64,000 nucleotides of DNA from Gemmatimonadales bacterium (GTDB lineage Bacteria > Gemmatimonadota > Gemmatimonadetes > Gemmatimonadales > GWC2-71-9), in the NCBI GenBank assembly GCA_035259785.1, contig DATFVZ010000235.1:2461-66460 (forward strand). Direction: 5' to 3'. The notes below the pieces were generated by a model. It was given only the letters and a program-made list of their open reading frames with translations, searched no databases and had not been told where the DNA came from. Position numbers and translations under genes: made by a program. The stretch's first letter is position 1. Each line of letters begins with the position of its first letter. Below, piece by piece: positions 48,824 through 58,937 of this stretch.

Positions 48824-50613
48824 CGTTCATCAATCCGCTGGCACTGCTGGGACTCGTGGCCGCTGCGATTCCGGCACTCCTCCATCTGCTGCAGCGGCGC
48901 GTTCCTCCGGAGCTCGAGTTTCCGGCCGTGCGCTATCTCAGCGCGGCCGAGCGCGAAAGTGCTCGCCGCCTGAAGCTGCGGCATCTCCTGCTTCTAATCC
49001 TGCGGACTGCCCTGATCATCGTGATCGTTCTGGCCGCGGCTCGCCCGCTGGTCCGTATGGGAGGCGCGGGCGGCGGAGCGCACGAGCCCACGGCGGTCGT
49101 GGTGATACTCGACAACTCACCGTCCAGCGGCGTCGTGGTCGATGGGCGGCTGGTTCTCGATCGCCTGCGGGTGATCGCCCGGACGACGATCAGCCGTACG
49201 ACTTCGGCCGATCGTGTCTGGCTGATGTTGTGCGACGGAGTGCTCCGGAGGGGAACCCGTGAAGCACTACTGGCCAGCGTGGACAGTGCGACGACCGGAT
49301 GGCAGCGGTTGGATCTCGTGCAAGCGGTGGACCGAGCGGCTCGTCTGGTCGATGCGCAGCCGCTGCCCGGACGCGAGGTGCACGTTCTGAGCGACCTGCA
49401 GCGCAGCGCGCTGGCCGAAGGACGCGCTGTCGTGCCGGCCGGCGTGCGCGTACTCTCGCTCGCAGCTCTCGACAGAGCCGTCGCCAACCGCGGGATTGCG
49501 GAGGTCCGGGTGACCGAGGGCGCAGCGGTGATCGAGCTGAAGGGAGCTGGCGCAGGCTCTGCGAGCGGGGACGCCGCCCAGCCGGTGCCGGTCACAATTC
49601 GAGTTGGAGCCGGCCGGCGCGATCGTGGAGAGATCTCCGCCCGGGGACTGGCGACTCCGGGGTCAGCCGTGACGATCGAGATCCCAGTCCAGAACCTGTC
49701 GCCGGGCTGGTGGGTGGGCGAGGCGCTGCTCGAGCCCGACGAGCTGCGAGCGGACGACCGGCGGCCCTTCGCGTGGCGTGTCGCGCCTGCGGCGCGAGTG
49801 ACCGCGACGGCCGGTGCGGGTGGGTTTGTCGCCGCCGCATTGGCGGTCTTGCGCGAAGGAAGTCGCGTCAGAGACGGCTCCGACGTGACATTCACTGGCG
49901 GTGAGGCGCTGGCTGGCGAACTGAGCATCGTGCAGCCGCCTGCGGATCCGGCATTGGTGGGACAGGCAAACCGAGCACTCGGCGCGCGCGGCGTGTCCTG
50001 GCAATGGGGAGGAGGCGCGACCTCGACCCCCGGCCCGATCTCGGCACCCACGCTCAACGGCATCGCTGGCGTCCAGGTTATTCGGCGCTATCGTCTCGAA
50101 CAAACGTCGCCTGGGAGTGGCGGCAGCGGGGGGGGGAGCTCCGACCAGAGTGCGGACGATGTGTTGGCAACGGTGAATGACGAACCCTGGCTCGTGCGGG
50201 CGGGAAGCACGGTGCTGCTGGGTAGTCGAATGGACACGGCATGGACGGTGCTGCCGGCGACGCCGGCATTCGTCCCGTTCATTGATGCGCTGGCGAATCG
50301 AATCGTCAGGGGAGAAGCGGACGTTACAACCGCCGAGGGCGCACCTCGCGTGGAGTTTCGTCGACGCGGCACGGATACCACGGGCGCGACGGTCTTTGGA
50401 CCTGACCCACGCGAGTCGGATCTGACACCGGCTCCGAAGTCGCTCGTCGAGACAGCACTGGGCGGTGAGGATCGCGTGGAAGTGCTCGGCGACGCCGAGT
50501 TTGCCTCCGAACGCTTTTCCGGCACGCGACGCACCGACGGCAGTGGGTTCTTGCTGGTTCTAGCACTCCTGCTGGCGGCGTCCGAGCTGGGAGTCGCCAC
50601 TAGAACGCGCTGA
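48820..50613 (+). CDS. BatA-type N-terminal double-transmembrane domain protein with C-terminal anchor
   Basis: FINPLALLGLVAAAIPALLHLL..RHLLLLILRTALIIVIVLAAARP matches the Bat/aerotolerance N-terminal double-TM pattern. GTG at 48820 overlaps the DUF58 stop (GTGA). Confidence 0.75.
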   Translation: MTFINPLALLGLVAAAIPALLHLLQRRVPPELEFPAVRYLSAAERESARRLKLRHLLLLILRTALIIVIVLAAARPLVRMGGAGGGAHEPTAVVVILDNSPSSGVVVDGRLVLDRLRVIARTTISRTTSADRVWLMLCDGVLRRGTREALLASVDSATTGWQRLDLVQAVDRAARLVDAQPLPGREVHVLSDLQRSALAEGRAVVPAGVRVLSLAALDRAVANRGIAEVRVTEGAAVIELKGAGAGSASGDAAQPVPVTIRVGAGRRDRGEISARGLATPGSAVTIEIPVQNLSPGWWVGEALLEPDELRADDRRPFAWRVAPAARVTATAGAGGFVAAALAVLREGSRVRDGSDVTFTGGEALAGELSIVQPPADPALVGQANRALGARGVSWQWGGGATSTPGPISAPTLNGIAGVQVIRRYRLEQTSPGSGGSGGGSSDQSADDVLATVNDEPWLVRAGSTVLLGSRMDTAWTVLPATPAFVPFIDALANRIVRGEADVTTAEGAPRVEFRRRGTDTTGATVFGPDPRESDLTPAPKSLVETALGGEDRVEVLGDAEFASERFSGTRRTDGSGFLLVLALLLAASELGVATRTR

Positions 50614-53600
50614 TGCCTCTCGATTTTCTCCTCGAGAAGTTCACTGAGCTTCCCGCGACGCGAGCGTTGACCGCCGACCTACCACCCGCCGGTAAACGTG
50701 CCGGTGTGGGGGGGCTCCCGGGCTCGAGTCCGGCGGTGCTCGTCGCCACGCTCGCGCGACAGTTGCCACAACGCCTCTTTGCGGTAGTCGCGCCGACACC
50801 GGCCGACGGCGAACGGTGGCTCGCCGACCTGCAAACGCTGTTGGGGCCAGATGAGCCGGCTCTCTATCCGCAACGTGAAGCGCTCGGGGTGGAAGAACCC
50901 CACTTCGAATTAGCCGGCGAACGAGTCGAAACGCTCGAAGCGTTGTTGCGTGGTGCGGTCCGCGTCGTGGTGACGACCGCTCGTGCCAGTGCGGAGCGAA
51001 CGGCCGTCCCCGCCGCGCTCGCGCAGTCTCGACTCGTAGTCGAGGTATCGAACGAGGGTGAGGGGGGGAGGGGGGGGCTCACCGACGCAGCGCAGCGCCT
51101 CGACGCGATGGGGTACGCTCGGGTCTCAACCGTGACTGAGGTCGCGCAGTACAGCGTCCGCGGTGGAATTCTCGACGTGTATGGCTTCGGGATGGCGGCG
51201 CCGACCCGAGTCGAATGGTGGGGTGACGACGTCGCTTCCATCCGGACTTTCGATCTGGACACACAGCGCTCCGGCGATTCACTGCAGCGGGTAACTGTCT
51301 TGCCGGTCAGGGCGGAAGGCCGGACCCTCGAGGATGCGGGGGCGGAACGTGCTGCGCCCCTACGGTCCAACCTTCTCGAACTTCTCCCCTCCGACACGAT
51401 CGTCGTCGTCGATCAGGAATCGGCGGTGGAACGGGAGGTGGATCGCGCCTGGACCGATGCGGCGCACCATCTCGAGGTTGCGCGCCGGATGGGGGAAGAG
51501 CCGCCCTCTCGCGCAGATCTGTTGATCGATCCCGCGGCGTGGCGGCTCGCACTGAAGCGATTCGCCCGCCTCGCTTTGGCGGAAAGTGAGACCGAGCGGC
51601 GCTTTCCGCTGGCCCCCCCGGACCATGTTGACCGTGACCTGAAGCGCTTGCGGCAGATCGTGGTGAATCCACCGGCCACAGTCATTCTGTGCGACAACGA
51701 GGGGCAGCTCGAGCGGCTGGAAGAATTGCTTGGCACCGATCAAGCCACCCTGGCGGTTGGCGCGCTGGACGGTGGGTTCATCATGCCGACGCTGCGCGTG
51801 CTGACGGATCACGAGATCTTCCGGCGCGCGCGGCGACTGCGGCGACCCCGGCGCTATCGCACCGCCGTTTCCACGGCGGCGTCCCGGCCACTCACACCGG
51901 GGGGATACGTCGTGCATCTCGAGCACGGCATTGGGATCTACCGCGGCCTGCAGACGATCGCCGTCGGCGCCGAAGGCGAGACCCTCGACGTGGCCGTTGT
52001 CGAATACGAAGGGGGCGCGCGACTCAATGTGCCGCTGTACCGCATCGATCAGCTCGAGCCGTATCGGACGGTCGGACGAGATGGGGACGGTGACGCCCCA
52101 CCGCCCCGATTGCACCGGCTGGGCGCGACGACCTGGCAGCGGCAGCGCGACAAGACCCGCGCCGCGATCCGCGCGATGGCGGCGGAGCTGCTGGATCTCT
52201 ATGCGCGGCGGCAGCTCGCGACAGGATTTGCGTTCCCCTCAGACACGCCGTGGCAGCGGGAACTGGAGTCCGCCTTCCTTTATGAGGACACACCCGACCA
52301 ACGCCGCGCTTCCGATGAAGTCAAGCGCGACATGGAGCGCCCGAGGCCAATGGATCGGCTGCTCGTCGGCGACGTGGGATACGGCAAGACGGAGGTGGCG
52401 GTGCGCGCCGCGTTCAAGGCAGTGCAGGCCGGCAAACAGGTCGTCGTGCTGGTCCCCACGACCATCCTCGCCGAGCAGCACGGGCGCACGTTTCGGGAAC
52501 GGCTGGCGGACTATCCCGTGCGTACTGATGTGCTTTCACGCTTCCGCGGTCCGAAGGAGACGGCTGCCCTCGTCAAACGAATCGCGCAGGGTGAAGTGGA
52601 TGTCGTCATCGGCACGCATCGGCTGCTTTCATCGGATGTGACGTTCAAAGACCTGGGGCTGCTCATCGTCGACGAGGAGCACCGCTTTGGCGTCCGCCAC
52701 AAGGAACGGCTGAAGACGCTCAAGCTCAGCGTCGATGTCCTTACCTTGACGGCCACGCCTATTCCGCGAACGCTGCATCTCTCGCTCGCGGGGCTGCGCG
52801 ATCTTGCTCTGCTCGAGACGGCTCCCAAGGATCGGTCGCCGGTGCTCACGTTCGTCGAACCGTGGGACGACGGGTTGCTGGAGGAAGCGATCGCTCGCGA
52901 GCTCGACCGCGGCGGCCAAGTCTACTTCGTTCACAACCGCATCGAGACGATCGATACGATTGCAGCGCGCGTCCAGGCGCTTGCCCCGCGCGCGCGCCTC
53001 GCGGTAGCCCACGGGCAGATGCGCGAGCAGGAGCTCGAAGCGGTCATGGGACGGTTTGTGCGCGGGGAAGTGGACGTGCTGGTCTCGACGATGATCGTCG
53101 AGTCAGGACTCGACGTTCCGAACGCCAACACGATGATTGTCGATCGCGCCGACCGTTTTGGCCTTGCTCAGCTCTACCAACTGCGGGGGCGCGTCGGCCG
53201 TAGCCACCGGCGCGCGTTCTGCTATTTGCTCGTTCCCGACCATGTGGACACGCAAGCGGAAGAACGTTTGCAGGTGCTCGAGCATCATACGGATTTGGGA
53301 TCGGGGTATCGCATCGCCTTGCGTGATCTGGAGCTGCGCGGCGCGGGAAACCTGCTGGGGGGCGAGCAGTCGGGACACGTTCAGGCGGTCGGATTCGACA
53401 TGTATCTGCGGTGGCTGGAGGAGACGGTGCGCTCGCTGAAAACGGGTGAAGGGGGAAAGGGGAAGGGAGAAGAGTTTGCGCCCCCCGATGTCACGCTCGA
53501 TGCCCCGGCGCACCTGCCCGATGAGTATGTCGCGGATGACGATGCCAAGCTCGATCTCTACCGGCGGCTGGCGCGGGCGGAGCAAGCGTGTGAGATTCAA

Positions 53601-53927
53601 GCCGTTCGCGACGAGCTGCGCGACCGCTTTGGACCACTCCCCCCGGAAGCCGAGCGTTTGCTACTGGTGGCCGAGTTGCGTGCGGCTGGGGCGCGACTCG
53701 GGTTGGAGACGGTCCTCATCAAGGGAGACGAGGCGCGGCTGACATTCCGACGCGATGCCGCACCGCGACTCGCGGGGCTCCAGGTGGCGCTCGACGCGGT
53801 GCAGTTCGAAGCTGATGTGCGGCGCGCGGTGCCGCTTTCCCTCAGGCTCCGCCGGCTCGGCGGAGAGTCGATCGGCCCCGGCTTGGTCCGGGCGCTCACG
53901 GCCGTTCTGCGGGATCACCACCGTTAA
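50613..53927 (+). CDS. mfd: Transcription-repair coupling factor
   Basis: 1104 aa. UvrB-homology N-terminus, CarD-like RID, SF2 helicase motifs (GDVGYGKTEVA, DEEHRFG), and TRG motif region. Confidence 0.97.
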   Translation: MPLDFLLEKFTELPATRALTADLPPAGKRAGVGGLPGSSPAVLVATLARQLPQRLFAVVAPTPADGERWLADLQTLLGPDEPALYPQREALGVEEPHFELAGERVETLEALLRGAVRVVVTTARASAERTAVPAALAQSRLVVEVSNEGEGGRGGLTDAAQRLDAMGYARVSTVTEVAQYSVRGGILDVYGFGMAAPTRVEWWGDDVASIRTFDLDTQRSGDSLQRVTVLPVRAEGRTLEDAGAERAAPLRSNLLELLPSDTIVVVDQESAVEREVDRAWTDAAHHLEVARRMGEEPPSRADLLIDPAAWRLALKRFARLALAESETERRFPLAPPDHVDRDLKRLRQIVVNPPATVILCDNEGQLERLEELLGTDQATLAVGALDGGFIMPTLRVLTDHEIFRRARRLRRPRRYRTAVSTAASRPLTPGGYVVHLEHGIGIYRGLQTIAVGAEGETLDVAVVEYEGGARLNVPLYRIDQLEPYRTVGRDGDGDAPPPRLHRLGATTWQRQRDKTRAAIRAMAAELLDLYARRQLATGFAFPSDTPWQRELESAFLYEDTPDQRRASDEVKRDMERPRPMDRLLVGDVGYGKTEVAVRAAFKAVQAGKQVVVLVPTTILAEQHGRTFRERLADYPVRTDVLSRFRGPKETAALVKRIAQGEVDVVIGTHRLLSSDVTFKDLGLLIVDEEHRFGVRHKERLKTLKLSVDVLTLTATPIPRTLHLSLAGLRDLALLETAPKDRSPVLTFVEPWDDGLLEEAIARELDRGGQVYFVHNRIETIDTIAARVQALAPRARLAVAHGQMREQELEAVMGRFVRGEVDVLVSTMIVESGLDVPNANTMIVDRADRFGLAQLYQLRGRVGRSHRRAFCYLLVPDHVDTQAEERLQVLEHHTDLGSGYRIALRDLELRGAGNLLGGEQSGHVQAVGFDMYLRWLEETVRSLKTGEGGKGKGEEFAPPDVTLDAPAHLPDEYVADDDAKLDLYRRLARAEQACEIQAVRDELRDRFGPLPPEAERLLLVAELRAAGARLGLETVLIKGDEARLTFRRDAAPRLAGLQVALDAVQFEADVRRAVPLSLRLRRLGGESIGPGLVRALTAVLRDHHR

Positions 53928-53946
53928 TTAAAGGAAAGAGGAACGG

Positions 53947-55401
53947 ATGCGAGGTTCGAGTCTGGTCTTGCTGGTGCTGACGTCGTTGGTAGTGGGATGT
54001 AATAGCGTGCGGGACGCATTTACTCCGCGCGCCGATGTCGTCGCACGGGCCAACGATCAGACACTAGGCGTGGAGCGCCTGGCGGGCTGGGCCAGCGGTT
54101 CAAAGCAGGTGCCGCTCGAGCCTCTGGCGTTCAACCGGCTCGCAAACATTTGGGTCGATTACGCGCTGTTCGCCCAGGCTATCGCCCACGGGCAGGACCT
54201 GCGCGATTCCGCGACGATGACAGCCGCGATGTGGCCCGTGGTGTCCCAGATAAAGTGGGAGCGCTTCCACGACAAGCTGAGTAGTGCGGCGGCGTTCACG
54301 GACAAGCAAGTGGATTCGGCGTACGACGCCGGTCAGGTACGGATGTTTCAGCACATTCTTTTTCAGGTCCCCCCGAATGCCGCAGCGAATGTCGACACCC
54401 AAAAACGTCGTCAGGCCGAGCAGTTGCTGGCCCAGGCGCGTTCGGCGGGTGCGGGGTTCGGTCGGTTGGCGAGTCGCCTCTCCGACGACCCGGGTTCGAA
54501 GACGCAGGGTGGCTCGCTCGGCGTGAGCGCACGGGGTCAGTTCGTTCAACCGTTTGAAGATGCCGCCTGGCAGCTGCCCCCAGGGGGCGTAAGCCCCGTC
54601 GTCAAGAGTCCGTTTGGCTACCACATCATTCGGCGGCCGCCGCTGGCGGAAGTGCGCGATTCCTTCCGGAATGGCGTCGCGGAGCGGAGGCAGTATCTGG
54701 GCGATTCGCTGTACCTCGATAGCCTGTCCATCAAGCGGCGCATCGAGCCCGTGAGTCGCGCCCCCGCCTATGTGCGCGCGGCCATGCAAGACCTTGAAGC
54801 CTCGCGAAAGAGCGGGCGGACGCTCGTCAATTACCGCGGCGGCTCGATTCGCGTGCGTGACCTGGTGCGCTGGATGGGTGCAATGGATCCCTCCGTCAGC
54901 CAGCAGTTGCCACAAGCGCCCGATGAGCAAATCAACCAGTTCCTGAAGGCGCTCGCCCAGCGCGAGCTGCTGCTCAAGCAGGCCGATTCGGCCAAGGTGA
55001 CCCTGACGCCCGAGGATTGGCAGCAGATTCGTGTCCAGCACGATACCGCGCTCAAGTTGCTCGGGTCGATTCTCAGCCTGTCGCCGGAGTTCCTGCGAGA
55101 TTCGGTGAGCGATGAGCGCGACCGCGTCAATCTCGCGATGGGTCGAGTGGACGACTACATGAGTCGTGTGGTGCAGGGCCGTGCCCGGTTCTTCCCGGTC
55201 CCGCCGTTCCTGGGTGAGACCTTGCGCGAGCGGGGTGATTGGAATGTGGATGAGGCAGGTGTGCGCCGGGCCCTGGAGAGGGCGCAGTTGATCCGGGCCG
55301 ATTCGCTCCGCGCGACTGGAGCGAGCCCGGGCGGCGCACCGCAGATCGCTCCGGCGCCCGGTCCCGCTCCGATCGATACCACCCAGCGAAAGCCAAGATG
55401 A
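53947..55401 (+). CDS. Periplasmic parvulin-type peptidyl-prolyl isomerase (SurA/PpiD-like lipoprotein)
   Basis: Lipobox LVVGC. PpiC rotamase block GGSLGVSARGQFVQPFEDAAWQL..SPFGYHIIRR. Confidence 0.85.
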   Translation: MRGSSLVLLVLTSLVVGCNSVRDAFTPRADVVARANDQTLGVERLAGWASGSKQVPLEPLAFNRLANIWVDYALFAQAIAHGQDLRDSATMTAAMWPVVSQIKWERFHDKLSSAAAFTDKQVDSAYDAGQVRMFQHILFQVPPNAAANVDTQKRRQAEQLLAQARSAGAGFGRLASRLSDDPGSKTQGGSLGVSARGQFVQPFEDAAWQLPPGGVSPVVKSPFGYHIIRRPPLAEVRDSFRNGVAERRQYLGDSLYLDSLSIKRRIEPVSRAPAYVRAAMQDLEASRKSGRTLVNYRGGSIRVRDLVRWMGAMDPSVSQQLPQAPDEQINQFLKALAQRELLLKQADSAKVTLTPEDWQQIRVQHDTALKLLGSILSLSPEFLRDSVSDERDRVNLAMGRVDDYMSRVVQGRARFFPVPPFLGETLRERGDWNVDEAGVRRALERAQLIRADSLRATGASPGGAPQIAPAPGPAPIDTTQRKPR

Positions 55402-56699
55402 ACCGACTGTTGGCAGTCGTGATTGGATGCGTTGTCGCCACGACAGCGGCTGCCGCGCAGCAATCCGTTGATCGCATCGTCGCCATCGTCGGGACGCGCC
55501 CCATCCTCGCCTCGCAGATCGAGGAGGAGATGGTACAGGCGCAGGCGCAGGGGCAGCAGATTCCGCCCGACTCCGCTGGGCGGACGCGCATGCGCCACGA
55601 CATTCTCGACCGGCTGATCGAGCTCGAGCTGCTTGTGCAACAGGCGCAGAGCGACACGGCCATCAAGATCACCGAACAGGAGGTGCTCGATCAGGTCGAG
55701 CAGACCTATCAGAACGTGCGCAAGCAGTTCGCGTCGGAAGTCGAGTTCCGCGAGCAGATCAAGCAGGCGCGCTTCGGCTCACCCGAAGAATGGCGTCGCT
55801 GGCTGGCGGACGAACAACGGCGGCAGCTGTACGCCCAGCGCTTGATCGAAGCCCAACGGCAGAAGGGGAAGCTGAAGCCGATTCCGCCCACCGACGCACA
55901 GATGCGCGAGTTCTGGGAGGCGAATCGAGCCCAGCAGCCGCGCCGTCCGGCGACCGCCGGATTCCGGCAGATCGTGATCGTGCCGCAGGCCGACTCGGCC
56001 GCGAAGCGGCGCGCCTACCAGCTGGCCGAGTCGCTCGTGGTGGAGATCCGGAAAGGCGCGGACTTCGCGACGGCCGCGAAGCGTTTCTCGGGTGATAGCG
56101 CGTCCGCGGCCCAGGGGGGCGAGCTCGGGTGGTTCCGTCGCGGCGTGATGGTGAAACAGTTCGAGGACTGGGCGTTTCACATGAAGCCCGGGGAGATCTC
56201 CGAGCCGGTCGAGACGAGTTTCGGCTTTCATATCATCAAGATCGAGCGAACGCAGCCGGCCGAGGTGCTGGGCCGTCACATTCTGATCATGCCGCAAATC
56301 AGCGCGGAACAAATTGCGAAGGCGAGAACGCTCGCCGATTCGGTGCACGCGGCCCTCGCGCGGGACGCGACTGCATCGTTCGACATCTTGGCCAGGGCGC
56401 ACGGTGATGATCAGGAGCAAAAAATCATCGACGGAGTGCCGTTCGATAAATTGCCGCCGGAATACCAGAAGGCGATCGCGGGGGACACCACGCTCGGCTT
56501 GAAGCCGGTCGTCACGCTCGGTGCCGACACGCCACGGCCGAAGTTTGTAGTTCTGGAAGTCACCGCTCGACATCCAGAAGGTGAGCTCACCTTCGATGAC
56601 GTCAAAATCAACATCCGGCAAACGCTCGGCGATCAGCTCGCCATCCGCCATTTCATCGATCAGCTGAAGCGGCAGACCTACATCGACATCCGGCTCTGA
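55398..56699 (+). CDS. surA: SurA-like periplasmic chaperone / peptidyl-prolyl isomerase
   Basis: SurA N-domain-like start (VDRIVAIVGTRPILASQIEE). Parvulin block GGELGWFRRGVMVKQFEDWAF..SFGFHIIKIE. It is followed by pdxA, as in the E. coli surA-pdxA arrangement. Confidence 0.8.
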   Translation: MNRLLAVVIGCVVATTAAAAQQSVDRIVAIVGTRPILASQIEEEMVQAQAQGQQIPPDSAGRTRMRHDILDRLIELELLVQQAQSDTAIKITEQEVLDQVEQTYQNVRKQFASEVEFREQIKQARFGSPEEWRRWLADEQRRQLYAQRLIEAQRQKGKLKPIPPTDAQMREFWEANRAQQPRRPATAGFRQIVIVPQADSAAKRRAYQLAESLVVEIRKGADFATAAKRFSGDSASAAQGGELGWFRRGVMVKQFEDWAFHMKPGEISEPVETSFGFHIIKIERTQPAEVLGRHILIMPQISAEQIAKARTLADSVHAALARDATASFDILARAHGDDQEQKIIDGVPFDKLPPEYQKAIAGDTTLGLKPVVTLGADTPRPKFVVLEVTARHPEGELTFDDVKINIRQTLGDQLAIRHFIDQLKRQTYIDIRL

Positions 56700-56701
56700 T
56701 C

Positions 56702-57580
56702 GTGGCTCCTTCGTCCTCGCCCCCGGCCCGGCCGCGCCTCGCAGTTGTCGTGGGCGATACGCGCGGCATCGGACCGGAAGTCGTGCGGAAGGCGCTGCGT
56801 CAGCCACTCCCAGCCGACGTGCAGATCGTCGGTGGTTGGGACGACGACGCCGAGCGAAGCGAGGTTGAAGCGGGCAGGGCGGCCGCGCAAGCGATTGAGG
56901 CGGCCGCTCGGCAGGCACTCGCGGGGCAGGTAGACGCCATCGTCACGGGCCCGGTTCATAAGCAAGCCTTGCACAGCGCGGGTTACAAGTTTCCCGGCGT
57001 CACCGAGTTTCTAGCGCACCTCTCGGGAGATGTTCCCGTCGCGATGATGCTCGCCACCGGGCGGTTGCGCGTGGTGCTCGTCACGACTCACCTGCCGCTG
57101 CGAGATGTGATCGCGACAATCACCACCGATCGCGTGGTCAACGCCGGGCGCATTACGAACGACGCGCTGCAGCGCTGGTGGGGAATCGCAACACCCAGAC
57201 TCGCGGTCTGTGCGCTCAACCCGCACGCCGGTGAAGGCGGCCTGTTCGGCGACGAAGACGAACGGGTGCTGCGTCCCGCAGCGACGGCGCTGGGTGCCGC
57301 GGGTCCGATCTCCGCCGATACAGTGTTTGTGAAAGCCCTCCGAGGCGAGTTCGATGCCGTCCTTGCGCCGTATCACGACGTGGGCATGACCGCGGTGAAA
57401 GTGTCCGGGTTTGGGACAGGGGTGAACGTCACGCTGGGCCTGCCGTTTATCCGCACTGCCCCCGATCACGGCACTGCGTTCGACATCGCGGGGAAGGGCG
57501 TCGCCGACGCGGGATCGATGCGTGCGGCACTCGAGCTGGCTGTGCAGCTTGCCGGAGCGCGCAAAGCCGCGACGAATTAG
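56702..57580 (+). CDS. pdxA: 4-hydroxythreonine-4-phosphate dehydrogenase
   Basis: GDTRGIGPEVV, IVTGPVHK, GVTEFLA, LNPHAGEGG, YHDVGM and NVTLGLPFIRTAPDHGTAFDIAGKG blocks. At 292 aa it is somewhat shorter than E. coli PdxA. Confidence 0.9.
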   Translation: MAPSSSPPARPRLAVVVGDTRGIGPEVVRKALRQPLPADVQIVGGWDDDAERSEVEAGRAAAQAIEAAARQALAGQVDAIVTGPVHKQALHSAGYKFPGVTEFLAHLSGDVPVAMMLATGRLRVVLVTTHLPLRDVIATITTDRVVNAGRITNDALQRWWGIATPRLAVCALNPHAGEGGLFGDEDERVLRPAATALGAAGPISADTVFVKALRGEFDAVLAPYHDVGMTAVKVSGFGTGVNVTLGLPFIRTAPDHGTAFDIAGKGVADAGSMRAALELAVQLAGARKAATN

Positions 57581-58923
57581 CCGGTCGGCTCGGTGGCGTG
57601 GGTGGCGGTCGGGGGCCACACGCGCACGCGACCGACTCGCCTTCCGTCCATCTCCAGAATCTCGAAGGTTGCTCCCTGCAGGTTGACGCGGTCGCCGACT
57701 TTCGGAAGGCGGCCCAAGCGTCCGAACAGCAGTCCGCCGATCGTCGTATAGTCGCTATCGTCCAAATGCAGACGCAGCAGACGGTTCACATCGCCGATCT
57801 CGGCGTTACCGGCGAAGATTGGAACGGCGCTTGCGGGGTCTGCGGCCGCCGCACCCGGCGCTGCCGTGGTTGACGCCTGGTCGTATTCATCGAAAATCGG
57901 ACCGACGATTTCCTCGAGCAAATCTTCCATCGTTACGAGTCCGGCGGTGCCGCCGAACTCATCCAGCACGATGGCGAGGTGCACTTTCTGCCGTTTCATG
58001 TCGGCGAGCACGTCCTCCACTTCGCGGGTCCCGGGCACGAAGAACGCGGGCCGCGCGATGTCCTGGACAGGCGCCTCGGACCCCGCCAACAGGCCCCGCA
58101 GAATGTCCTTGGCGTGGACGATTCCCACGACGTCATCCAGCGACTCCCCGGTGACCGGATAGCGGGACCGGCCGGCAGCAGCAACGCGGTCCGCCGCTTC
58201 AGCCAGTGATGCCTCGGCGGGCAGCGCGACGATTGCAGTGCGGGGCGTCATCACTTCGCGCGCGTTCTTTTCGCTGAACTCGAAGACGCCCTCGAGCAGG
58301 CGGGCGTCACCGGCGCCCAGGCCCCCGGTCTGGCGGCTCTGCTCGACGAGCATCCGAAGCTCTTCCGGTGAGTGGACGCGGTCGTGCTCGGTGCTCGGGC
58401 TCTTGATGCCGAGCATGCGGATGACGACGTTCGAACTCCAGTTGAGCAGCTCGGTGATCGGTCGCGTGATCCACGAGAACAGGATGAGCGGCGCCGCGAT
58501 CCACCGGCTGGTGCTCTCGGGGTACATGATGGCCCACGCTTTCGGCGCCTGCTCGCCGATCACCACGTGCAAGAACGAGATGATGGCGACGGCCGTGACC
58601 GACGCGATGCCGCCGCGCGTGAGGAAGGCGAGGCTCGGCGGCAATGCGGCGAACCAGCTGCGGAACAGGTGCGCCACGGTGTCTTCGGCGACGTAGCCGA
58701 GCAAGATCGACGCGACGGTGATGCCGAGCTGAGCAGCTGAGAGCTGGCGGTAGAGGTCTTGCAGGGCGGTGCGGACCGTGCGCGCCTTCCGATCGCCGCG
58801 GCGGATCATGGCCTCGATCCGTGTGCGGCGAGCCGCGACGAGGGCGAATTCCGCCGCCACGAAGAACGCGTTCGCCGCCACGAGCACGATCACGGCCAGC
58901 AGCCGCATGGTCAGCTCGTTCAC
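57577..58923 (-). CDS. CNNM/DUF21-CBS-CorC_HlyC family protein (hemolysin/CorC-like transporter-associated)
   Basis: N-terminal DUF21 4-TM region (NAFFVAAEFALVA), CBS pair, and a C-terminal CorC_HlyC domain. Confidence 0.88.
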   Translation of the reverse strand: MNELTMRLLAVIVLVAANAFFVAAEFALVAARRTRIEAMIRRGDRKARTVRTALQDLYRQLSAAQLGITVASILLGYVAEDTVAHLFRSWFAALPPSLAFLTRGGIASVTAVAIISFLHVVIGEQAPKAWAIMYPESTSRWIAAPLILFSWITRPITELLNWSSNVVIRMLGIKSPSTEHDRVHSPEELRMLVEQSRQTGGLGAGDARLLEGVFEFSEKNAREVMTPRTAIVALPAEASLAEAADRVAAAGRSRYPVTGESLDDVVGIVHAKDILRGLLAGSEAPVQDIARPAFFVPGTREVEDVLADMKRQKVHLAIVLDEFGGTAGLVTMEDLLEEIVGPIFDEYDQASTTAAPGAAAADPASAVPIFAGNAEIGDVNRLLRLHLDDSDYTTIGGLLFGRLGRLPKVGDRVNLQGATFEILEMDGRRVGRVRVWPPTATHATEPTG

Positions 58924-58937
58924 ACCGTAAAGGTATT

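Noticed and set aside
56702-57580. PdxA appearing truncated (292 aa against about 330 aa in E. coli), as a possible pseudogene.
   Set aside because: All conserved catalytic and metal-binding blocks are present and in order. The shortening maps to a variable region between the N-terminal GIGPE block and the TGPVHK block. The frame is intact, with tight coupling to surA.
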